From the IMG/VR virus record IMGVR_UViG_3300048835_000060, positions 1 through 32,402 of that record: a DNA stretch of 32,402 nt; one strand, written 5' to 3'. This document shows positions 7,563 to 14,512 of this stretch, one piece after another (the first letter of the stretch is position 1; each line of letters starts with the position of its first letter). The position numbers and the translations under genes are program-made. Source of the stretch: a virus (taxonomy: Duplodnaviria; Caudoviricetes). The notes beneath the pieces were generated by a model. It did not search any database, was not told the origin of the DNA, and saw only the letters and a program-made list of their open reading frames with translations.

Positions 7563-8025
7563 TGCTGGCTCCCATTGCCGCGTCGATCCACGAATCGGCG
7601 TCAGGATTGCTGTAACCGAGGAACACCATCCCTGCCGGAATCACCCACTCCCCTTCTGGATACGTCGCAACGCAGAATTCTCGATTGGCTCTCAGCCACC
7701 GATACCGCCGCGCATCCTGCTCGGCCTCGGCAAGCTGCCGGCGCAGTTCGTCGCGCTCGGCGGTCAGGCGCTCGATTTCCGCCTTCTGCGCCTCGACGTG
7801 CGCGAGGATGGCGGTCATGTTGGCGGGCGAGCAGGCGGCGATGAATGATGCATCGATGCTGTCATGCGACAGTTCGCAATCGCTTGGCGGCACAGCCTCC
7901 CACGCATTAATACGAGCGACGCAATGCACGCCGGCATTTGCTGGCATCGTCACCCACGGCCCCGGCGTCGGCCCCGCTGCCAGCGCGTCCCGCACCTGGG
8001 CGAGCGCGGCTTGTGCGTCAGTCAT
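7555..8025 (-). CDS. Ead/Ea22-like early protein
   Basis: TPGPW...DASFIAACSPA..AIL and coiled coil followed by DARRYRWLR, typical of Ead/Ea22-like proteins. Confidence 0.7.
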   Translation of the reverse strand: MTDAQAALAQVRDALAAGPTPGPWVTMPANAGVHCVARINAWEAVPPSDCELSHDSIDASFIAACSPANMTAILAHVEAQKAEIERLTAERDELRRQLAEAEQDARRYRWLRANREFCVATYPEGEWVIPAGMVFLGYSNPDADSWIDAAMGASNE

Positions 8026-8242
8026 GCTGCCCCCTTGCCTTGAGCATCTCGTCAGCCATCCGGAAGGACGCGGCTGCGATAGCAGCAAAGTCCACTCTGC
8101 TCTCGGGGCCGGCGACTTGCATGGCAGCGAGCAAAATCGGCTGCATCGCCTCCGCCGCGAAGTAGTCGCGCAGGGTCATGCCGCCCGTGTAGTTATGCTG
8201 CCCGTCATGCGGAAATGCAGGCCCGCCGTCATTGATGCTCAT
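8018..8242 (-). CDS. Conserved lambdoid early protein of unknown function
   Basis: DGGPAFP...GMTLRDYFAA.AMQ...ADEMLKAR motif, common in lambdoid early regions. Confidence 0.75.
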   Translation of the reverse strand: MSINDGGPAFPHDGQHNYTGGMTLRDYFAAEAMQPILLAAMQVAGPESRVDFAAIAAASFRMADEMLKARGQHD

Positions 8243-8531
8243 GCCGCCTCCCAATCTCTGCTGCGGCTCGGACGATGGCGCGGCGGGTAGCGGCGAGATC
8301 GTCCTCATCTTGTCGGCCGAACCGCTCCAGCGATCGAAAGTGGTAGAACTCTGCCCCGTTGAACAGATTCAGATTCACTGCCAGCCGCAGCGCGTCGCCG
8401 TCGTCGGTGAGAGGGCTCCATCTACTCAGCACGCCATCGAAATAGGCGTCGTTGCCGACCCACTCCCCGCGCAACTCTCCGCAGGCAATGGCCGCCAGCC
8501 GTAGCAGTTCGCGGTCGTCGTCACTCAGCAT
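8229..8531 (-). CDS. Conserved phage early protein (NinX/ABA-sandwich-like)
   Basis: WSPLTDDGDALRLAV and ATRRAIVRAAAEIG motifs. Confidence 0.65.
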   Translation of the reverse strand: MLSDDDRELLRLAAIACGELRGEWVGNDAYFDGVLSRWSPLTDDGDALRLAVNLNLFNGAEFYHFRSLERFGRQDEDDLAATRRAIVRAAAEIGRRHEHQ

Positions 8532-9345
8532 CGCTGCCTCCGATTCTCGGCATGACCGACAGGTCAACAAATCGCGGATCGCCGAACGTCGGAAACTTAA
8601 GCGTCCACGCTCGTCGCCCGTGCGGCTTTACAACGACGCCATCGCGGAGCTTGAGTCCTGTGGCATCGACAATACGACGAATCAGATGCTCCGCCTCGCA
8701 AGCCCTCTCGGCCCACGGAACGGCGATCAGGTCAAGGTCGCGCGTGAATGAACCGTGCAGGCCGATGGCGTATCCCTCCTCCCACGCGAGCTTTCGGGCG
8801 ATGGTGTAGACCCGGCCATAATCGGGGTCGATGATCCCGTAGGGAGCGCCGGTCGGCTCGGCATCGTTTCGATAGCTATCCGCCATTCCCTTGTAGACAC
8901 CCAAGTCGTCGCCACTTGCCGGCGCTGGCTTCGGCTCGGTCTGCGGAACCGGCCACCCTTTCGTTCCGTCGGCGGCGTCCCTGTAATGGCAAGCGTCGCC
9001 GTCCTGACATGGACACGTAGGATCGTTGCCTATACACGGCTCGGCCTGCTGCGCGGCTGGCGCAGCGGCAACCATGGCGCTATACCAGTTCGCGTGGTCC
9101 GCGTCAGGAGAGCATCCCGGTGCGTGCCAGTCATAGCCGTCCATCATGCCGACCGCGCTCAGCATCTCCGGCGTCGGCTCCACCGGCACCAGCTTCCATC
9201 CGTGCGGCACGGCTGGCGTTGGCTGCGCATCGACCAGTGCGCGCAGGTAGTCGGCGGCGCGAATCACGTCTACCGTGGCGAGGTCATAGTGCGGCACAGA
9301 CAGCGCATCGGCCAGCGCGCGGAGTTCGTTTGCGTCCATCGTCAT
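8521..9345 (-). CDS. Mosaic early protein: Eaa-like segment plus C-terminal nucleotidyltransferase-like domain
   Basis: VPHGWKLVPVEPTPEML module; Cys cluster CIGNDPTCPCQDGDAC; C-terminal LHGSFTRDLDLIAVPW...FVDLSV. Confidence 0.6.
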   Translation of the reverse strand: MTMDANELRALADALSVPHYDLATVDVIRAADYLRALVDAQPTPAVPHGWKLVPVEPTPEMLSAVGMMDGYDWHAPGCSPDADHANWYSAMVAAAPAAQQAEPCIGNDPTCPCQDGDACHYRDAADGTKGWPVPQTEPKPAPASGDDLGVYKGMADSYRNDAEPTGAPYGIIDPDYGRVYTIARKLAWEEGYAIGLHGSFTRDLDLIAVPWAERACEAEHLIRRIVDATGLKLRDGVVVKPHGRRAWTLKFPTFGDPRFVDLSVMPRIGGSDAE

Positions 9346-9592
9346 TTCTCCTGATCCTCGTGCACAAGGGATTCGGGATAGCACGCTTGCGCCGTCGTGC
9401 CGTCCCATCCAAGACGAGAGACAGCAGCATCGAACCGCACGAACACCGTGCTTCCGTCCGCAGAAACACTTGACACCTTGCCGCGCTCGCAGTCGCTATG
9501 TGTGCGATCACCGTAAGCGTGCATCGGCACGTAAACGACTCGATCGCCTGGGGCGAACGGACTCATGCGTTGCGGCATCGTCATTTCTCCTG
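9337..9592. repeat. 17-bp exact direct repeat flanking gene 9342-9584
   Basis: CATCGTCATTTCTCCTG at 9337-9353 and 9576-9592 (minus strand CAGGAGAAATGACGATG = RBS + stop + start). Confidence 0.9.
9342..9584 (-). CDS. Small SH3/KOW-like beta protein
   Basis: FAPGDRVVYVP...ERGKVSSV...VFVRFD pattern. Confidence 0.6.
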   Translation of the reverse strand: MTMPQRMSPFAPGDRVVYVPMHAYGDRTHSDCERGKVSSVSADGSTVFVRFDAAVSRLGWDGTTAQACYPESLVHEDQEK

Positions 9593-10171
9593 CGGCACGG
9601 TGGCCGGCACATCAAACTGCTCATAGATCAGCGCGTCGAAATTGTCCCGTGCGGCGTACCATGCGGCGACCCGTGCGGCGGCCCCTGCGGCGACCCGTGC
9701 GGCGGCCCATGCGGCGGCCCGTGCGGCGGCCCATGCGGCGTCCCATGCGGCGTCCCGTGCGGCGTCCCGTGCGGCGGCCCATGCGGCGGCCCGTGCGGCG
9801 GCCCTGATCGACTCGTCGCCGGTCATCAGGTAATCGAGCACAACATCCGGCGGGTCGTCGTACAGGTGGATCACCGACAGCGCCTGCATCCGGGCGTAAT
9901 AGCGCAGCGTCTCGGTGATATCTGCGCGCTGAATGATCCGGCGGCGACGGCACACGAACTTGTCGTGATCCTCGGTCACAATGTCGTCGCACTCGACACG
10001 GCACAGAACTGGACCCGGCGCGTATTCCAGCGCATGAGCCGGCCTACGGCTGGCGTGCAGGCCGGTCAAGCAAATCTTGACCGGGCCGGTATGAACGAGC
10101 CATTCGCCGTCCGGCGGGATCGGCCTGCCGTCGCGCAGGGTTGACCCGACAAAATGCCACGCTTCGATCAT
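9581..10171 (-). CDS. Phage protein with Ala-rich tetrapeptide repeats
   Basis: N-terminal C..GLHAS...AL.YA domain followed by AARA/AAWA/AARD repeats. Confidence 0.75.
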   Translation of the reverse strand: MIEAWHFVGSTLRDGRPIPPDGEWLVHTGPVKICLTGLHASRRPAHALEYAPGPVLCRVECDDIVTEDHDKFVCRRRRIIQRADITETLRYYARMQALSVIHLYDDPPDVVLDYLMTGDESIRAAARAAAWAAARDAARDAAWDAAWAAARAAAWAAARVAAGAAARVAAWYAARDNFDALIYEQFDVPATVPQEK

Positions 10172-10197
10172 CTATTTCTCCTGCGGCACGGTGGCCG
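9583..10197. repeat. 24-bp exact direct repeat flanking gene 9581-10171
   Basis: ATTTCTCCTGCGGCACGGTGGCCG at 9583-9606 and 10174-10197; both adjacent genes end ATVPQEK. Confidence 0.92.
9646..9803. repeat. 12-bp coding tandem repeat (about 13 units)
   Basis: Unit consensus CC(G/A)TGCGGCG(G/T/A)C, encoding Ala-Ala-(Arg/Trp)-(Ala/Asp/Val) on the minus strand. Confidence 0.9.
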
Positions 10198-10681
10198 CGA
10201 GCGCGGCAAGCTGCTCAGCGAGCGACCGACACTCGGCGCGGACGTACTCGATATCTCGATACACGGCGTCGTCATCGAACGAGTACGGGGAGCCGGGTTG
10301 CAGGTCGCCCGCGTGCGCGCAGTCGAAGCCGAACCAGTTCCCGGCAAGCCCGTCAAGCTCGCCAGAGAAGGTCAGGCTGCCATGGACATCGAACAGGATA
10401 TCGATGCGCGGCGCTTCCGGTTCACAGACAAAGGCCGTGAAGATCCCGCGCTTGCCGAGCGGCGACTGCAATGCGGCCTGCGCGCTGTCTCGCAGCGAAT
10501 CCGGCACAACGTCCGAATACTCCTTGCCGTGCAGCGGATGGCCTTCCGGCACGCGGACATACCCGCACAGGTGGCCGCTTCGGCCGTGCCGGATGATGTG
10601 ACAGAGCAGGCCGGCGTGATCGAAGGTTTCTTCGTCCGGTTCATTGGTCCACGGGCCTTGCGGCCAGGCATCTTTGTTCAT
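10172..10681 (-). CDS. Conserved phage protein with His/Cys/Asp putative metal-binding motifs
   Basis: GHLCGYV.VP..HP, DVHGSLTF, WFGFDCAH motifs; start MNKDAW at 10681. Confidence 0.75.
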   Translation of the reverse strand: MNKDAWPQGPWTNEPDEETFDHAGLLCHIIRHGRSGHLCGYVRVPEGHPLHGKEYSDVVPDSLRDSAQAALQSPLGKRGIFTAFVCEPEAPRIDILFDVHGSLTFSGELDGLAGNWFGFDCAHAGDLQPGSPYSFDDDAVYRDIEYVRAECRSLAEQLAALAATVPQEK

Positions 10682-10797
10682 CGTTGCACCTCCACAGGTT
10701 TCGTCACTCGCTGCGCCGGGTCGTCCGACGCGCTTCCGCACGCGGCGAGGCCGGCGGCGATCAGGGCGATCAGCAGGGCGAGGGCGTAGCGGTTCAT
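10678..10797 (-). CDS. Small lipoprotein (39 aa)
   Basis: MNRYALALLIALIAAGLAA-CGS lipobox; GGAGG RBS; coupled at both ends. Confidence 0.6.
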   Translation of the reverse strand: MNRYALALLIALIAAGLAACGSASDDPAQRVTKPVEVQR

Positions 10798-11363
10798 CGC
10801 GCCGCCTCCTGGGCCTGCTCCCACGCCCGATTGACCTCGGCCATGCGCGCGTCGGTGCCGCCGCGATCCGGGTGCGCCGCGCTCGCTGCACGCCGGTATG
10901 CCGCGCGCGCCTCGTCGAGCGATGCCGTCTGCTCGACGCCCAGCACCGTCCACCAGCCGCTCGCTGCCGGCGCTGGCAGCGCCTTGAAGCCGGCGAACGT
11001 CGCGCGCACCAGCGCGAGCGTCCCGTGCCGCAGCTCGACGCGCCGCGCCTCGATGATGTGGTGGATCGCCTGCAGGTTCGCCGCCGGCGTGTCGTAGCGG
11101 TCGACGGGGATGCAAACCTGCGCGCCGTCCCAGGTGAACCATGCCGCGACGCCGGGATCGGACGGCTTCTCGACGCCGAGCGTGCAGTTCGACGACAGCA
11201 CCAGGTCCTTGATCGGCTGGCGGCTGTCGGTGCCGAAACGGCGCAGCGAGTCGTCGACGTTCTTCAGCGCGCCGGCGAGCGAGGTCTTGAACGCACCGCG
11301 CTCGCGCTGCTTGCTGCGCGGGATCGTCGGGGGCCAGCAAAGCGGGTAGGCGTTGATGGTCAC
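10794..11363 (-). CDS. J-domain (DnaJ-type) protein
   Basis: C-terminal WWTVLGV...AYRRAASAAHPDRGG...EVNRAW with intact HPD; N-terminal AYPL.WP and DPGVA domain; GTG start 11363. Confidence 0.85.
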   Translation of the reverse strand: MTINAYPLCWPPTIPRSKQRERGAFKTSLAGALKNVDDSLRRFGTDSRQPIKDLVLSSNCTLGVEKPSDPGVAAWFTWDGAQVCIPVDRYDTPAANLQAIHHIIEARRVELRHGTLALVRATFAGFKALPAPAASGWWTVLGVEQTASLDEARAAYRRAASAAHPDRGGTDARMAEVNRAWEQAQEAAR

Positions 11364-11665
11364 GATCCAACAACCTCCCCATCCGGCTCCCACGTGAACT
11401 CGCCGACCGGCCGGTGCATCTGGCAGTGAACGCAGTAGGTCCCGCCGTAGAACTTCGGATCGCGGGCGTACGTCTCCGCGAGCGCAAGCCCCATCGTCGT
11501 CACCGTGCCGCAGGTCCTGTGCAGGTAGGAGCGCCGCACCGGCCGGACGAAGCCCTTCGAGCGCTCTTCATCGCTCAGAACGAGGTAGGCCTCGGCTTGC
11601 GGGCGCGGCGCGTCATCGGTGCCGTGCGTCAGACGCGGATCGGTCGGGTCGGTGGTCAGGCTCAT
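11360..11665 (-). CDS. Conserved zinc-binding phage protein
   Basis: YLVLSDEERSKGFVRPVRRSY, HxxC and CxxC motifs; start MSLTTDP at 11665. Confidence 0.7.
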   Translation of the reverse strand: MSLTTDPTDPRLTHGTDDAPRPQAEAYLVLSDEERSKGFVRPVRRSYLHRTCGTVTTMGLALAETYARDPKFYGGTYCVHCQMHRPVGEFTWEPDGEVVGS

Positions 11666-11934
11666 GCTCGGCCTCGAAGGGTGCGATCGTGCTCGGCAAG
11701 GCGCTTTGCCGCGGCTTCGTCGACAAGCCGAAACTCGATCGAGTCGGCGTGTCCGTGCGTGAGTAGGGTCGGCGGGCCCGGTGCGAACGCGGCGGCGCAT
11801 CCCTGAATGTCCTCGGCGGTGATCGTCACCGTTCCGCGCCCGACGCACTTCCAGACGATGAGCGCCGCGAGCTTCTGCCAGTGTCCGTCGATCTGCTGCA
11901 GGATGACGCTGTCCGGGTTGATGGTGATGTTCAA
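11662..11934 (-). CDS. Hypothetical protein
   Basis: TTG start at 11934 after GGAGG, overlapping the upstream stop. Confidence 0.55.
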   Translation of the reverse strand: MNITINPDSVILQQIDGHWQKLAALIVWKCVGRGTVTITAEDIQGCAAAFAPGPPTLLTHGHADSIEFRLVDEAAAKRLAEHDRTLRGRA

Positions 11935-12263
11935 GTCGACCTCCGTTGGATGAGCTTCCCGCCCGCGAGCGACGGAACGTGCGAGTGATCGCTGCCGGGC
12001 CGACGTACCACAGCCGGCGAGCGGTACGGCTGCATCGGCGGCAGCGCCGACAGGCTCGGGATCGCCAGCCGCCCGGCGCGGGTCAGCCGGTAGCGGTTCC
12101 ACTTGAGCGCGACGAGGCCCTCGGCGATGAGCAGCTCGGTCGTGCGCACGATGAGCGACGTCGGGTGCGCACTCATGCAGCGCGCCAGCTCGGCGCTGTT
12201 GCGCGGTGCGACCTGCAGGGCGCGCAGGACGGTGCCGCGAAGGGGATGGGCGTCGGTGGTCAT
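11931..12263 (-). CDS. Winged-helix-like hypothetical protein
   Basis: SAELAR...LIAEGLV...YRLTRAG wHTH pattern. Confidence 0.55.
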   Translation of the reverse strand: MTTDAHPLRGTVLRALQVAPRNSAELARCMSAHPTSLIVRTTELLIAEGLVALKWNRYRLTRAGRLAIPSLSALPPMQPYRSPAVVRRPGSDHSHVPSLAGGKLIQRRST

Positions 12264-12976
12264 CCGAACAGCCCCGGTTCGCGCTGCCGCTGCACTTCCT
12301 GCAGCGTCGCCAGCACCGCGATCATGCAGTCCAGTTCGCGGAGCGCCTGTTCGCGATTCATGAGCCGATCTTCAGCATATTGAGCGAAGCCGCGCTTCGT
12401 GCGAACCGACCGGAGCAAACTGCGAATCACGAGCGACTGTCTGGCGATGGTGATTGTCTTCTTGTCTCGATACCGACGATGCGCGTCGCGGCTGCACTGC
12501 GCGCAAACGACCCATCCACGCTTCTTGAGCGCCCCGAACTCGCGGCGGTCGTGCCCGTTACGGCAGTGCGTCTGCTTCAATGCGCGCGCGATGTTGCTGG
12601 CTCCGGCTCCTCCTCTTTTGGTGTTCTCCGCAACGGTGACTGGCTCCAGGTGCCACGGGTTGACGCAGGCTCGATTGCGGCAAAGATGATCCAAGACCAA
12701 TCCGTCTGGAATTTCCCCTCTGTGCAGGATGTAACTGACGCGATGTGCCTGTGCCGGATATTTTGTCCCGGCCCGTTTGCTGCCCGTGCAAATCTGACCG
12801 TATCCGGTCGGCCTGAGAGAACCGAGCCATAGCCAGCACCCTGTCATCGGCTCTGGTTCGTAGAGCGACTGCAGGCGCTCCAATGTTCCGTCCGTGAGGT
12901 CCAAGCGGCGCGTCAAGACCATAGCGGCGCCTCGGCGAGGCACCGCGATCTGGTCGGCGAGGGCGACGGCGCTCAT
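12260..12976 (-). CDS. HNH endonuclease fused in frame within a small phage gene
   Basis: GCWLW.G...GYG...AHRVSY...LDHLCRNRACVNPWHLEPVT..EN and THCRNGH..C..C zinc motif; internal ATG at 12922; lower-GC core. Confidence 0.85.
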   Translation of the reverse strand: MSAVALADQIAVPRRGAAMVLTRRLDLTDGTLERLQSLYEPEPMTGCWLWLGSLRPTGYGQICTGSKRAGTKYPAQAHRVSYILHRGEIPDGLVLDHLCRNRACVNPWHLEPVTVAENTKRGGAGASNIARALKQTHCRNGHDRREFGALKKRGWVVCAQCSRDAHRRYRDKKTITIARQSLVIRSLLRSVRTKRGFAQYAEDRLMNREQALRELDCMIAVLATLQEVQRQREPGLFG

Positions 12977-13578
12977 GCCTCTTCCGCCTCTTCTTCTTCG
13001 TCCTCCGTCTCGTCGTCGTCGAACTCGCCCTCGGACGGTTCCGCCTCGTCGTCGTCCTCGAAGAGCGGCGGCTCGTAGTCGGCCGAGGGCGGATCGAAGC
13101 TGATCTCGACCGACTGGCGCTGCAGGTCATACAGGCGCGCGATCTGCTCGCCCGACGGATAGCCGCGCACCGTGAAGACCATCTCGACCTGGCCGCCGTC
13201 GACGAACGCGAGCGTGAACGCCTCGATCTTCGTATCGTCGATCACGATGTCCGCGCGCCCGCTCACCCCGAAGTGCACGGTCAGCGTGCCGCCGACCAGG
13301 CGTTGCGACCACTTGATCGAGCCGAGCCGGTCTCCCGAGAACTTCGGCACCAGCAACTGGTCCGGATGCGCGGCCTGGTCGGCGAGGTCTGCGCCTTCCT
13401 CGGGCTCTGCGCGCTTGAAGAACGAGTCGCGCAGCAGCGGGTGGAAGTGCGCGAGCACGCCGTTGTCGATGCGCATCTCGAACTTCAGGTCGGCCACCGG
13501 CACGCGCTTGTTGCCGTGCTTCTCGGTGGTCGTGTTCATGTGCGCGAAGAGGGCGTTGCGGCGGTCGAATTCGAGCAT
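12973..13578 (-). CDS. Conserved phage beta-rich protein with a strongly acidic C-terminal tail
   Basis: AGGAG RBS; N..TEKHG...ADLKF motif; tail FEDDDEAEPSEGEFDDDETEDEEEEAEEA. Confidence 0.75.
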   Translation of the reverse strand: MLEFDRRNALFAHMNTTTEKHGNKRVPVADLKFEMRIDNGVLAHFHPLLRDSFFKRAEPEEGADLADQAAHPDQLLVPKFSGDRLGSIKWSQRLVGGTLTVHFGVSGRADIVIDDTKIEAFTLAFVDGGQVEMVFTVRGYPSGEQIARLYDLQRQSVEISFDPPSADYEPPLFEDDDEAEPSEGEFDDDETEDEEEEAEEA

Positions 13579-13608
13579 GTCGGGGCTCCTGGTAGGGTGT
13601 GGTGGCGG

Positions 13609-13839
13609 TCAGGCTTCGCTGCCGTCGTGGCCGTCGTCGATGTCGAGCTGCAGTTCCGCGCCGGCGTCCTGCACCTTCACGCCGCTGGTGAGCAGCTCGA
13701 CGATCGTCTCCTGCCCCGCCACGGCCGCGCGGTAGGTCTCCTTGACCACGTGGCGGATCGCCTGCGCCTGGCTCGATGCGCGCACGAGGTGCTCGGCGGC
13801 GGTCTCGGTGTTGATGACTCGGTAGATGCGAAGGGACAT
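13609..13839 (-). CDS. Small conserved phage protein
   Basis: RIYRV...HLVRASSQAQAIRHV motif; GGAG RBS. Confidence 0.7.
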   Translation of the reverse strand: MSLRIYRVINTETAAEHLVRASSQAQAIRHVVKETYRAAVAGQETIVELLTSGVKVQDAGAELQLDIDDGHDGSEA

Positions 13840-13842
13840 CGG

Positions 13843-14508
13843 TCACTCCGCGCGAGTCAGTTGCTTGCGGCGCCGGCCGCCGTTATTTCCGACCGGGGTT
13901 GTCAGCGCTCGATCGACGGACCATCCGCGCCGCAGCCGATCGGAAAGCGTGAATACGCTGATGCCGATTTCCGCCGCCCAGTCCGTCATCACCATCGTGC
14001 GACCGTTGAACGTCAAGGTGTGGTTGTCCGTGCGGTTCCTCGCTTGCTCGGCCGTGGTCGCCCAACGGCAGTTGCCCGGTTCGTACCCGCGCGCGTTGTC
14101 GATCCGGTCGATCGTCGCGCCATCCGGGCGCTCACCCATATCGGCGAGGAAATTCTCGAACGATTCGCGCCACCGATCGCATACGCCGATGCCGTTCGCT
14201 CCGTATCTGTCGTAGCTCGCCGAATTCGCGTCGTAGCACCTGCGGACCATCCCGAGCCACACTCGATGCGTCGGAGTGCTCGTCATGCCGTGCACTCGCT
14301 TGCGTCGAGATGACAGCTCGGCGCTCAGGCATCCGCACGAGGACGCCCGGCCACTGCTGACGCTGTACGGGTCGACGACCTTGACCGCCCCGCAAGCGCA
14401 TTGAACGCGGAGCATGGTTCTCGTCTTCGCGCCGCGCCTTGCTACCCGGTCGGCGCCGACGACCGTGAGGCGGCCGTAGGCGCGACCTTGCATCTGCTGA
14501 ACGAGCAT
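13843..14508 (-). CDS. HNH-type homing endonuclease
   Basis: YGRLTV...CACG...SCGC, W..M..RC...YG..GI.VC.RW..FENF..DMG, IDRIDN..GY.PGNCRWAT...Q..N, with a C-terminal HTH. Confidence 0.88.
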   Translation of the reverse strand: MLVQQMQGRAYGRLTVVGADRVARRGAKTRTMLRVQCACGAVKVVDPYSVSSGRASSCGCLSAELSSRRKRVHGMTSTPTHRVWLGMVRRCYDANSASYDRYGANGIGVCDRWRESFENFLADMGERPDGATIDRIDNARGYEPGNCRWATTAEQARNRTDNHTLTFNGRTMVMTDWAAEIGISVFTLSDRLRRGWSVDRALTTPVGNNGGRRRKQLTRAE

Positions 14509-14512
14509 GCCT

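Noticed and set aside
9646-9803. Repeat array considered as a CRISPR or DGR element
   Set aside because: Units are contiguous 12-mers with no spacers and are in-frame coding; no cas or reverse transcriptase gene is in the window.
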